This document shows, one piece after another, positions 32,089 through 44,550 of a stretch of 64,000 nt of DNA. This stretch comes from Eledone cirrhosa (lineage: Eukaryota). Each line of letters starts with the position of its first letter. The first letter of the stretch is position 1. The stretch is taken from assembly GCA_964016885.1 (NCBI GenBank), contig OZ024746.1, positions 33,976,001 to 34,040,000 on the forward strand, given 5' to 3'. The translations under genes and the position numbers were made by a program. The notes below the pieces were generated by a model. The model had not been told where the DNA came from. It saw only the letters and a list, made by a program, of their open reading frames with translations, and ran no database searches.

Positions 32089-32645
32089 TATATATATGTA
32101 TGTATGCATATATGTATGAACTATTTAAATAATATCCCACCAGACGCTGTACGGTGAGCTGGATTACGCAAAGAACATACATCACAATCCTAGCTTCTGT
32201 TGATTAACTGTAATTTTCGCCTTAAATGTTTTGCAACAAGTGATAACAAGTGTAAATCTCATCGACACCAATATGATAGTATTGACGAAGCATGATGAAG
32301 ATACATGCAAAGACGAATACGTAGAGTTATGTACATATATATAGCTTTTGGTTCTGTGTGGCAGGCAAAAAGTAAGATATTGTGGGAAGAGAGGATAATG
32401 ACGCTACCGTCAAAAAGATGAAAACACAATTGCTTTTATTTTATGTGATATAAATGATTGGCTTCGTCGGATGGGAGTGGATAGCGATCATGCATGTAAC
32501 TTATTGTTGCCGATAATTTTATATATGCATATATAATTCATAAATGCACACACGCGCAACAGCCACTCAGAATTTAAATCCCCCTCTCTCTACCAGTCGC
32601 TCTCACATGCAGACATAAATATATATATATATGTATATGTATATA

Positions 32646-32691
32646 GCTGTCAAAACGACTGGAGCTGCATTGTGGAGGTACGGACTCTTTT

Positions 32692-32694
<3 letters not shown>
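32646..32694 (+). mobile_element. Family A short-arm fragment
   Basis: Diverged match to 48026-48074, ending at the same GACTCTTTTCCTA|(TA)n point. Confidence 0.55.
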
Positions 32695-32771
<77 letters not shown>

Positions 32772-32774
<3 letters not shown>

Positions 32775-33193
32775 TATTGTCCGCTGTGTTGTAATATAAA
32801 TATTATACATAGTAGATTGACAGCTCACGCAGAGTTTGCTGGACGGTTCCAGTTGTAGTTCCAAAATTAATCCGGAGAAAAATAGAAAGATTTGAATTGA
32901 TACAGTTTAGTTGTAAGGAATTTATTGACACGTGTTTCTATAACAGTTACATAACCTGAAAACAGCTGCTATCCACAAAGTATTAGTTATGCAGACATTC
33001 AATATTTCAATGTTATTATTTACTGTCATTTCATCAGAATCATTTCATGAAATGACAGTAAATAATAACATTGAAATATTGAATGTCTGCATAACTAATA
33101 CTTTGTGGATAGCAGCTGTTTTCAGGTTATGTAACTGTTATAGAAACACGTGTCAATAAATTCCTTTCAACTAAACTGTATCCATTCAAATCT

Positions 33194-33199
<6 letters not shown>
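32772..33199 (-). mobile_element. Family D hairpin + tail element with hammerhead
   Basis: Near-perfect ~153-bp arms at 32882-33034 and 33047-33199, 12-bp spacer, unique tail 32772-32880, (TA)n flanks. Confidence 0.85.
32924..33040 (-). ncRNA. Type I hammerhead ribozyme motif with long loop II insert
   Basis: Reverse complement reads att CUGAUGA a augacagu[~75 nt]acuguuau a GAAAC acgu GUC aat; palindromic stem III ACACGUGU. Confidence 0.8.
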
Positions 33200-33282
<83 letters not shown>

Positions 33283-33286
<4 letters not shown>

Positions 33287-33795
33287 TTAAAACAATGAAA
33301 TAAAAAATCAAGTCATTAGAGATATACTTCACTTCTTTACGTTCCTTTCTAGATGATGATAATACATTGTAGCTATACTCGGTTATTGATCTATGTAAGG
33401 TTACTTTAAAAATATCAGATAAAGAGAATATTTACTTACATGCTTATCACCAGCTGTTTTCAAAAGCAGTAATCATTATTGCTTTCGAAAATAGATTGTG
33501 ATATGCATGTAAGTAAATATTCTCTTTATCTGATATTTTGTAGCTAACCTTACATACATCAATAACGGAGTATAGCTACAATTTATTATCATCATCTAGA
33601 AACGATCGTAAAGCAGTGAAGTATATCTCTAATGACTTGATTTTTTATTTCATTGCTTTAACTTATATCATGACTGTGTTTTCCTTTTAATGTATTATTG
33701 TTTTCCGGGATTTATCTTAGCATACAAAATTTTCAACATATGTATTACATCGAGTTCTTCATGCAGAATAGACACCACAACTTACTGTGGATACC

Positions 33796-33799
<4 letters not shown>
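33283..33799 (+). mobile_element. Hairpin + tail element (PLE-derived)
   Basis: Arms at ~33283-33443 and 33505-33667, tail 33668-33799; HHR 3' half GAAAC-GATC-GTA at 33599-33610; (TA)n flanks. Confidence 0.8.
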
Positions 33800-33884
<85 letters not shown>

Positions 33885-34559
33885 TTGTGTGAGAGATATA
33901 ATATGTGTGTCTGTTCCAGTGTGTGTACATTTACTACGCACAATAAATAACATTATATGAATGATGGCTTTCCACTCCCATCCGACGAAGCCAATCGTTT
34001 ATATCACATAATATAAAAGTAATAGTGTTTTCATATTTTTGACGATGGCGTCATTATCCTCTCTCCTCACAATATCTTGTCGCCTGCCACACAGAGCCAA
34101 AAGCTATATATGTATCCATAACTCTACCTATTCTTCTTTGCATTCGCTCTTGTTCTTACTTGTTAACAATATTTACGCAAGAATTACAGTTTATCAAACA
34201 CATGCTAGGATGGTGCTGCGGGTGATTTGCATATCCAGCTCACCGTACAACGTCTACTAGTATAGAATGTTGCTATTATTTAAATATGGTCTCAAAAGGG
34301 TATTAGTCATATGCATGTAATATAACAGAAACCAAATTTATCGAAGCTAATGTTATATTTTGTTATCGCTATGTTGTAAAGGATTTAACAAATCAAATTA
34401 CACTAATTTCGTATCGGAAATATAATATGCATATTGATGAATGAACGTGAAGCAACATCATAGTTAAGACGGTAGAGTACGAGAAAATATATAAACTACT
34501 GATTTAGTAACCTCGGCGTATTATCTGAAGCGGAAAAATAGCGTGAAGTTAGGAATTCA

Positions 34560-35405
34560 ATTTAATTTTCAAATTCAAACGCCGTCTTCTAAACATATTA
34601 TGGTTACCTATATACCCTTACTGACGTTGTAGCTTCTAAACAGAGAAAATCAGAATGGATGTGTTAGGTTGGATGATTTGGAGGATAGCTAAGAGGTCGT
34701 GTGTGGAGTGTGATGACTGAAGTTCAATCAAGTTTGCAGTCGCGAAGAAGTGTGGTATGAATAATTTTCTGTTCGTATCTTCACGACACAACTAGCTGTC
34801 ATTACGTGATACAGGGCCATTGAATATTGGGTTTTATCGCAAATGTAATGACAAGCTTCGAATAGTGAGTCAAGTATGGATAGAAATGTCGTGTGAAATA
34901 CTCGAAGAGGCGTATGTGTTTGAAGTAAAAACAGCAGCTGGATGGTGTCAACATATACTACACGTTTGTTGAATTGTGCTCGGGCAATTTTAACTGATGT
35001 GCAAGTGGCTGTGTTTTTATTATTTAAGCATAATAATTCACTGCAAACCTGGAGAATACGTAGGAATATTGAGAGTAAGTGATGAAAGTGGATTGAATGG
35101 AGAAAGAGGCGTTGAGGAAAGAGTAGGATTCACTGGGTGTGGGTTGGTCCTTACGTCAGAGATCTCTATGAAATTACCTGAGGAAAGTTTTGGTGTGAGT
35201 TAATTAATAAGCTGGGTAGCATCAGTAGCCATAATCGAAAAAATTGTGAGGATGATTCGCGGGTGATTGTTGACATAAATTGAATCATTGTTACAAAAGC
35301 CATAAATTGCAGGATTGGACTGTGTACTGGATATATTTTATGTGCGTCAACATATATGACAGTGTAGATTGGCCCTATTCTACTATCCATAGCAGCATGC
35401 TGGTA
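34560..35405 (-). pseudogene. Decayed PLE RT/thumb remnant
   Basis: AAMDSRIGPIY resembles G.AMG...GP.YA; YSQ(F)LRILQVCSE resembles the PYSQFLR..RICS thumb motif. Confidence 0.55.
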
Positions 35406-35785
35406 ACATTAATCACAAAAGTAGAAACAATTGAGTATTTCTGAATGATCTGATTTAATGTTTAAAGTCGAGTAAGGAAGACTTAAGAGGTTATATGTAA
35501 TCATATGATGCATATAATGTATAGGTGTGTCTGTATGTGTGTATATGTATGTTGGTGTTCGGAGGAATACATTAAAGTATTTTAGCAGCTGAAACGTTAT
35601 TAGAAATATATGTGAAGATAGAATACGCATATGAGTTAGAAATGATAAACAATCCCTTGCACATTCTGGATTTCATCACAATTAGGTATTACACACACAT
35701 AGTTATATACATACTAACATACATACACATATACATCTGTCTTTGTTTATCAGTGTCAATATCCTTATATATATATATATATATA

Positions 35786-35956
35786 TTTTATAGAAGGAGC
35801 TTCTACAGGACTAGTACTGTTTCATTCAGATGAAATCTTCAGAATGAAACAGTACTAGTCCTGTAGAAGCTCCTTCTATAAAATAAAAAAATTTACTCTG
35901 ACATGTATTGAGTACCTTACTTACTGTGGTTATTCCCCACTCAACCCGGGACCTAC

Positions 35957-35957
<1 letters not shown>
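35786..35957 (+). mobile_element. Minimal hairpin + tail element with hammerhead core
   Basis: Perfect ~42-bp arms at 35786-35827 and 35842-35883, tail to 35957, (TA)n flanks. Confidence 0.85.
35809..35842 (-). ncRNA. Minimal hammerhead core (5' strand of stem I lost at the inversion point)
   Basis: Reverse complement reads CUGAAGA u uuca uc ugaa u GAAAC aguacua GUC. Confidence 0.7.
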
Positions 35958-35997
<40 letters not shown>

Positions 35998-36738
35998 TAA
36001 AAGGAAAAGAAAATGCTGACAAATTGTTCCCAGTGAAAAATAGTTTAATTAGGAATAAGCAAAAATTAGTAATAGTATTGGTTAGTATTCAGTTTTGGTT
36101 TTAAGTTTATAGAACATGTGTGTTTACGTATGTCATTGTGTTTATATGTGGATAGAGATGTATGCTGATGTAGGTATATATGTTGACGTGTGTATGTTGT
36201 GGGTTCGTCTTAGGGAGACGTGTTTAGACGGGATCCGTATTTGTTAATAAAGTGAGATTCCTTGCTGATGAGCTGGGTGTGGGTGGCATTATCTTTACAT
36301 TTGTAGAGGTGAAAGATTCTGAAGTTGGGTTGATTTTGGGCGGCACAGGTATCAATGGTATTTTCCTGTATTCTCGTATTTTAATTTGTGATCTATGGAC
36401 AGTCATGCGTTGGCGGTGGCTGTTATGGGTCTGGCCTATGTATTCTTCTCGACAACCTGAGAAAGTTAAATCATATATTAGATTTTCTGATGGGCATGTG
36501 AAATTGTGTTTTACTATAAAACGTTGTCCTTCTTTGAAATATAATTCCGAACCCTCTATTAGGTTCTGCATATGCCACAGTTGGGTCTATCGCATTTGTT
36601 TACTGTGGGTTTTGTTGTTGCGGTTGGCAGTACTTTGGCATGTGTTAGGATGTTTTTCATTGACTGAGATTGTCTTTTGCTCTTTATAATATCGTGTATT
36701 CGTAGGATTTGGTTCATTCTATGGTCCATTTTCAAGTC

Positions 36739-37545
36739 TGGGACAGCTATTGGAACGAAACCACCCCCACTTATGTCAACCTAGTCATGGGCTACCTGGA
36801 AATCACCCTCAACACTAAAATACTAAACAAATTTGGAAACACTCTCCACTTACACATAGAAAGGAACTGGAAGCAATATTTAGATGACTACTTCATCTTT
36901 TGGCACGAAAACTTCGAGAAACTTAAAGAATTTCACACCCTTATAAATGGGCTCAACACGAATATTAACTTCACAATGGAATACATCCATCAACAACTCC
37001 CCTTCCTCGACATCCTCATTAAGATCCATAACAAAATATAGAAACAGACATATACTACAAGCCCACAGACTCCAAGCAATATCTTCCTTTCAACTCTTGC
37101 CACCCTACACACGTTAAAATTAATATTCCCTACAACTTAGCCAAGAGAATCTGTACTATAGTCTCCAATAAAAACACCTGCTACTTACGGCTACAAGAAC
37201 TAAAGCACACACTCATAGGCAGGGACTACCCTGCATCACTAATTGACAATGGAATCCAACGTGCCCTAAAACTCAGTACCCAGGACCTTAGACACCCTAA
37301 AGTAAATCAACCGAAACTCAACGCTCTTCCATACATCTCCACACACAACCCCCTCAAAAATGAGGCCTTTGACACCATACTCCAGAACATCACTGTGTTG
37401 AAAAAGGACCATAGAATGAACCAAATCATACGAACACACGATATCATAAAGAGCAAAAGACAATCTAAGTCAATGAAAAACATCCTAACACATGCCAAAG
37501 TACTGCCAACAACAAGTACGAAACCCACAGTAAAAAAAATGCGAT
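36739..37545 (+). pseudogene. PLE reverse transcriptase C-terminal half/thumb (frameshifted)
   Basis: TYVNLVMGYLE, WKQYLDDYFIFW, INFTME, LPFLDILI, TDIYYKPTDSKQYL, IPYNLAKRICTIVS. Confidence 0.9.
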
Positions 37546-37560
37546 AGACCCAACTGTGGC

Positions 37561-37938
37561 ATGTGCATCAACCTAATAGATGGTTCGGAATTCTATTTCA
37601 AAGAAGGACAACGTTTTATAGTAAAACACAATTTCATATGCGCATCAGAAAATCTAATATATGTATTAACTTGCTCAGGTTGTCGAGAACAATACATTGG
37701 CCAGACCAAAAACAGCCTCCGCCAACGCATGACTGTCCATAGATCCCAAATTAAAATACGGGAATACAGGAAAATACCACTGAGTGAACACATTGATACC
37801 TGTGCCGCCCAAAATCATCCCAACTTCAGAATCTTTCCCCTCTACAAATGTAAAGATAATGCCACCCACACCCAGCGCATCAGCAAGGAATCTCACTTTA
37901 TTAACAAATACGGACCCCATCTAAACACTTCTCCCTAA
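37561..37938 (+). CDS. PLE GIY-YIG endonuclease domain (C-terminal part of disrupted ORF)
   Basis: FICASENLIYVLTCSGCREQYIGQTKNSLRQRMTVH...KESHFINKYGPHLN. Confidence 0.88.
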   Translation: MCINLIDGSEFYFKEGQRFIVKHNFICASENLIYVLTCSGCREQYIGQTKNSLRQRMTVHRSQIKIREYRKIPLSEHIDTCAAQNHPNFRIFPLYKCKDNATHTQRISKESHFINKYGPHLNTSP

Positions 37939-38193
37939 GACAAACCCACAACATACACACGTCAACATACATTACCTTCATCAACATACATCTCTATCCA
38001 CATATAATCACAATGACATACGTAAACACACATGTTCTATGAACTTAAATCCAAAACTGAATATTAACCAATACTATTACTAATTTTTACTTATTCCTAA
38101 TTAAACTATTTTTCATTGGGAACAATTTGTCAGCATTTTCTTTTCCCTTTGCCAATATATCATAACTCGTGTGTTACACGTCTATTCTTTTAA

Positions 38194-38251
<58 letters not shown>

Positions 38252-38254
<3 letters not shown>

Positions 38255-38401
38255 AAATTTCAGGTTATCAATAATGTAGTGATAATATATCGTTACGCAA
38301 GCACCGATACATAGGTATTCGGTCTGTTACAGAAACATATGTCAATACCTAATAAATTCCTTTTTTAACAAAAGCACTTTCATTTTATATTCATCCTTTC
38401 T
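38252..38401 (+). mobile_element. Family D-related short arm with HHR 3' half
   Basis: CTGTTACA GAAAC-ATAT-GTC AAT (38332-38343), AATAAATTCCTT and the CTTTC|TA end resemble 33135-33199. Confidence 0.6.
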
Positions 38402-38815
38402 ATATATATATATATAGATATATTTATATATATATACGGGGTAACAAATAATAGTTATATTGAGTCCACTTAGGTGTAGTCCAGTTATGGTACTCCGGGT
38501 AGTGGATGATATCAACGCTTGGCTAAGTTTGACTTTAACAAGGCGTTTCCATAGTGACGCTGCGAGGACGCTGTAATTTCTATGTTGTAAACACTTGGAG
38601 TAATAATAAATCAGGAAAGAATAGTGACACGGTTTGCTATATAAAAAAGGTTTTTAATCTCATTGCTGACAAATGTTTCTCTGAACTGGTAGGTCTAGAG
38701 ATCGCTATCCGCTTATTTTCGCGTTACTCGATCGCCAATACAAAATTATAACCATTCAGTTCATCGAAGCTTGCGAGAATGAAGAGAATATACAGGCTGT
38801 CACCTACCAGATAGG

Positions 38816-39190
38816 TGCCCATTGGCGAATAGATGTCTCGATTCGAGCCTAGTGTACATGTGTACGGTCAACTCAGACAACTCCACCTGGCATTACATTG
38901 GATCCACCGCGGGTTCTTTTAAAAAAAGATGGTTTGTGCACAGGCACTCGATGAAAAATCGTGCACTTATGGGTTCTATACCCCTCGCCAAAAAAATATG
39001 GGAACTGAAGGACAACAACACTAGCTACAGTATCAACTGGTCGAGGTTGTCGGCTACTAAAACCTACAGTACAGATATGTCCCACTGTGGGCTATGTGAT
39101 CTAGAACTACTGTATATCCTTAAAAATGTAAAAAAGGCTACTTAACAACAAGTTAGAAAGATCTATCTTCTGCAGACACAAAATTGCCAC
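38816..39190 (+). pseudogene. PLE GIY-YIG endonuclease (CPL..C..VY type)
   Basis: CPLANRCLDSSLVY...YIGSTAGSFKKRWFVH...KIWELK...INW...CGLCDLE, then frameshifted LN...CRHK. Confidence 0.88.
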
Positions 39191-39550
39191 TGAATTCATA
39201 AGATTTAAACCTCCATGAATCGAACCGACGTAACATAGCTTTCAACTAGGATACCCACTACTTTGCACGACTCACCACAGAAATATAATCATTACGTACA
39301 TTCTAGCCTTCTTAGTTCTATAGCACACTAATGCTTGTAAGTACCTCATCAACCCATAAACTTATCTCTTCTCAGCTGCTGTCATCACTTGATCCTAAAT
39401 CCAAGAACATTTCAAAATACTACTACAACGGAATTTTACCTTCCTCTTGCTATAATTATAGTCATCATCTTTTCTCTTTGTATGTATGTATTTGTATGAG
39501 TATGTGTGTATATGTATGTATATGTTTGTGTGCATGTGTGTGTGTATATA

Positions 39551-39595
<45 letters not shown>

Positions 39596-40061
39596 CCTCC
39601 ATAACCTCTATATTAACTTGCCCACTATTTAGCTTTGTTAGTGTTGTCTTATACATGTATGTTATTGAGGATGGAAAAAATAGACAGAACTCTCATCTAA
39701 TATAGACCACACAAATTCTACTACAGTGATAAATACTTCATCGGTCAGATAAAAACCGACTATTACGGCCACCAGACCTACATTGTTTAAAAACACCAGC
39801 TTATCTTTACACTTGATATAACACACCCTACGACAGTCTTTACATGTCAATTTTACATATCTGCCTCATGTCAGCTAGGTTTACACGCTAAAATCGTAGA
39901 TATACTATACTTCCCACCTAGATTGATGTTGTGATTATTTCAAATAATTTATTGCTAGCATTGTTGATATTGTTGTTATTGTTCTAACTGAATGCCATTA
40001 CTACTACATATATTAGCCTGTATATTCTTTTCATGCCTGTATATTATCCTCATTCTCGCAA

Positions 40062-40167
40062 GCTCCGATGAACTGACTGGTTATAATTTTGTACTGGTGA
40101 TCGAGTAACGCGAAAATAAGCGGATAGCGATCTCTAGACTTACCAGTTAAGAGAAACAATTGTCAGC
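40062..40167 (+). ncRNA. Hammerhead-like motif (U4C variant) with long loop II insert
   Basis: gct CCGAUGA a cugacuggu[~60 nt]accaguu.ag a GAAAC aauu GUC agc; mirror copy at 38665-38770 (-). Confidence 0.65.
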
Positions 40168-40220
40168 AATGAGATTAAAAACCTTTTTTGTTTAGCAAAC
40201 CGTGTCACTCTTCTTTCCTG

Positions 40221-40289
<69 letters not shown>

Positions 40290-40291
<2 letters not shown>

Positions 40292-40794
40292 TAAATTAAA
40301 ATATTAAATATTTCCTTTGTCTAACATTTTGAATGACCCGCCAAAAATCGTGGATTATTTCCCTTGCCGGAATTAACACGTGACAGCTATAGATACGATA
40401 CGCAGCATATATAGCATCGACATATAGCTTATCACTTCGGTCCTTGGTAGAACGAAAAACCTGTTGAAAATCTGAATCCTCCGTTCGATCATGAATACCA
40501 CGAGCTTGCCAGTCACGCAAGTCTGATATTTGATTTCGGATTCAAAGAAACACTTTAAACGATTGATCGTTTGATTTGTCCAGGTGTATTTTCTCAACCT
40601 GATTAGTTCTGTCGTTACTTTGGTATATATTGTGTGTTAGATTCGCCTACCACAATGTTCGATTTGTCAAACTATTTAAAGGTATGTTATTACTCTAAGG
40701 CCCCAACTTATCGAGTGATTTGCTAACTCATCATTTCATATAAGTAGGCCGAATTTACTTGCAAACCGCCCGAGATTCGATTTTACTATTTTAC

Positions 40795-40798
<4 letters not shown>
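40290..40798. repeat. Family E long copy, (TA)n-flanked
   Basis: 40603-40798 matches 28535-28737; a minus-strand partial ORF may be a PLE N-terminus. Confidence 0.65.
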
Positions 40799-40871
<73 letters not shown>

Positions 40872-41270
40872 AACAATTCTATTTGAATGTGGCAAAGCCG
40901 GCCGTTTATCGCTCGTATACAGGAAACTGACTGGCCAGTCTGCTTATATGCAAATCTGGCTGAACAGTGGATTTGCTAATATGCAGATCTGACTGATTAG
41001 CCAGTCAGCTAATATGCAAATCAGGCCAGTCAGTCACCGTATATTTTAGAAAATAGCATATATTTCTACTAGCTCTGACAGTTGGCAGGTGAACAGTGAG
41101 CTGTACTGATGAAGTGTAATACCGAGAAACATTAATGCCTGCAATTCTGTTTACATGCCAACACAAGAGCAAGCATGCGGGGCTCATTATACTGACATGG
41201 CTTTAAAAATGACGCTTGTTTGCATAATTGCAAACGAATCAAATTTTATTATTAATATTCGAAAATCTCA
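40872..41270 (+). repeat. Interspersed repeat with ~33-bp ATGCAAAT subrepeats and a decayed HHR motif
   Basis: 41012-41120 is similar to the reverse complement of 48468-48572; CUGAUGA...GAAAC auuaau GCC at 41106-41139. Confidence 0.6.
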
Positions 41271-41271
41271 C

Positions 41272-43800
<2,529 letters not shown>

Positions 43801-44030
43801 ATATATATATATATAGATCTTACCCATTCTTTTAATTAACGCCTTATTATCTATACTTTTCCTAAATTACCTGCACCTGCATGAACACTCTTGTTATATC
43901 CCTAATAGGAAATCACAATCAACCATAGGCGGTGATCTTAGTTTTCCATTTTTCTCATGACATGCTGAAGAACCCAACGAAATTTGAGTACCTGTTTATG
44001 TCAGGGTTGTAATTATATATATATATACAT

Positions 44031-44122
44031 ATTAATAAATATTTGGTCTACGGTTCTTATATATGTGATATATATTTATCCTTATCGAACCCTCTTTGGA
44101 TTTTAGTCTTCACATTTATTAT
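44031..44122 (+). mobile_element. Solo family C tail
   Basis: Near-identical to 43525-43612 and preceded by (TA)n. Confidence 0.75.
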
Positions 44123-44135
44123 TATTACTATATAA

Positions 44136-44391
44136 GTCAGCTCAATGGTGACACAGAGGAGACTGAGGTTAGCTGGACATGATCACTGACATCCAGAGTT
44201 GACATTGCTCTCAGTGCTAATGTGGGAGCCCCTACATGTACACACTGGAAGAGGAAGACCAAGTTTAACGTATGTTGATGCCCTAAGGACAAACACTGGT
44301 CTGTTGGAGACGCATGACATGGCAGCGATAATGAGAGACAGAGACCATTGGAGAGAACTCGTCCATGGATCTCGGGAATTTGACCCACCCT

Positions 44392-44393
<2 letters not shown>
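44136..44393 (+). mobile_element. RTE-clade LINE 3' end
   Basis: RRLRLAGH..HPEL...VLMWEP.H..GRGRP.LTYVD...MRDRDHW. Confidence 0.85.
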
Positions 44394-44455
<62 letters not shown>

Positions 44456-44550
44456 TTGCGAGGTTTTCTATATGAAATCGTGTGTCGAAACAAATATTGT
44501 TATACTTGGGGAGGGTCATATTTGTGTAATATTGCCAGAATTAATAACAG

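Larger units (their letters stand above)
32120..34287. mobile_element. Old long inverted-repeat element enclosing nested insertions
   Basis: 32120-32510 and 33945-34287 are diverged reverse complements (e.g. GATTGGCTTCGTCGGATGGGAGTGGA / TCCACTCCCATCCGACGAAGCCAATC). Confidence 0.75.
35995..38193 (+). mobile_element. Penelope-like element (Neptune-like), 5'-truncated with 740-bp inverted 5' arm
   Basis: Sense part 36736-38193 has RT (GTAIGT, YLDD, LPFLD, YYKPTD, SCHP) and GIY-YIG; 35995-36735 is the reverse complement of ~37398-38158; a ~35-nt tail is present only on the right; (TA)n flanks. Confidence 0.93.
38437..40226 (+). mobile_element. PLE remnant (GIY-YIG + 3' region) with inverted arm and tail at left
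   Basis: Arms at ~38608-38797 and 40035-40225 are reverse complements; tail 38437-38607; ORF 38822-39145; (TA)n flanks. Confidence 0.88.
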
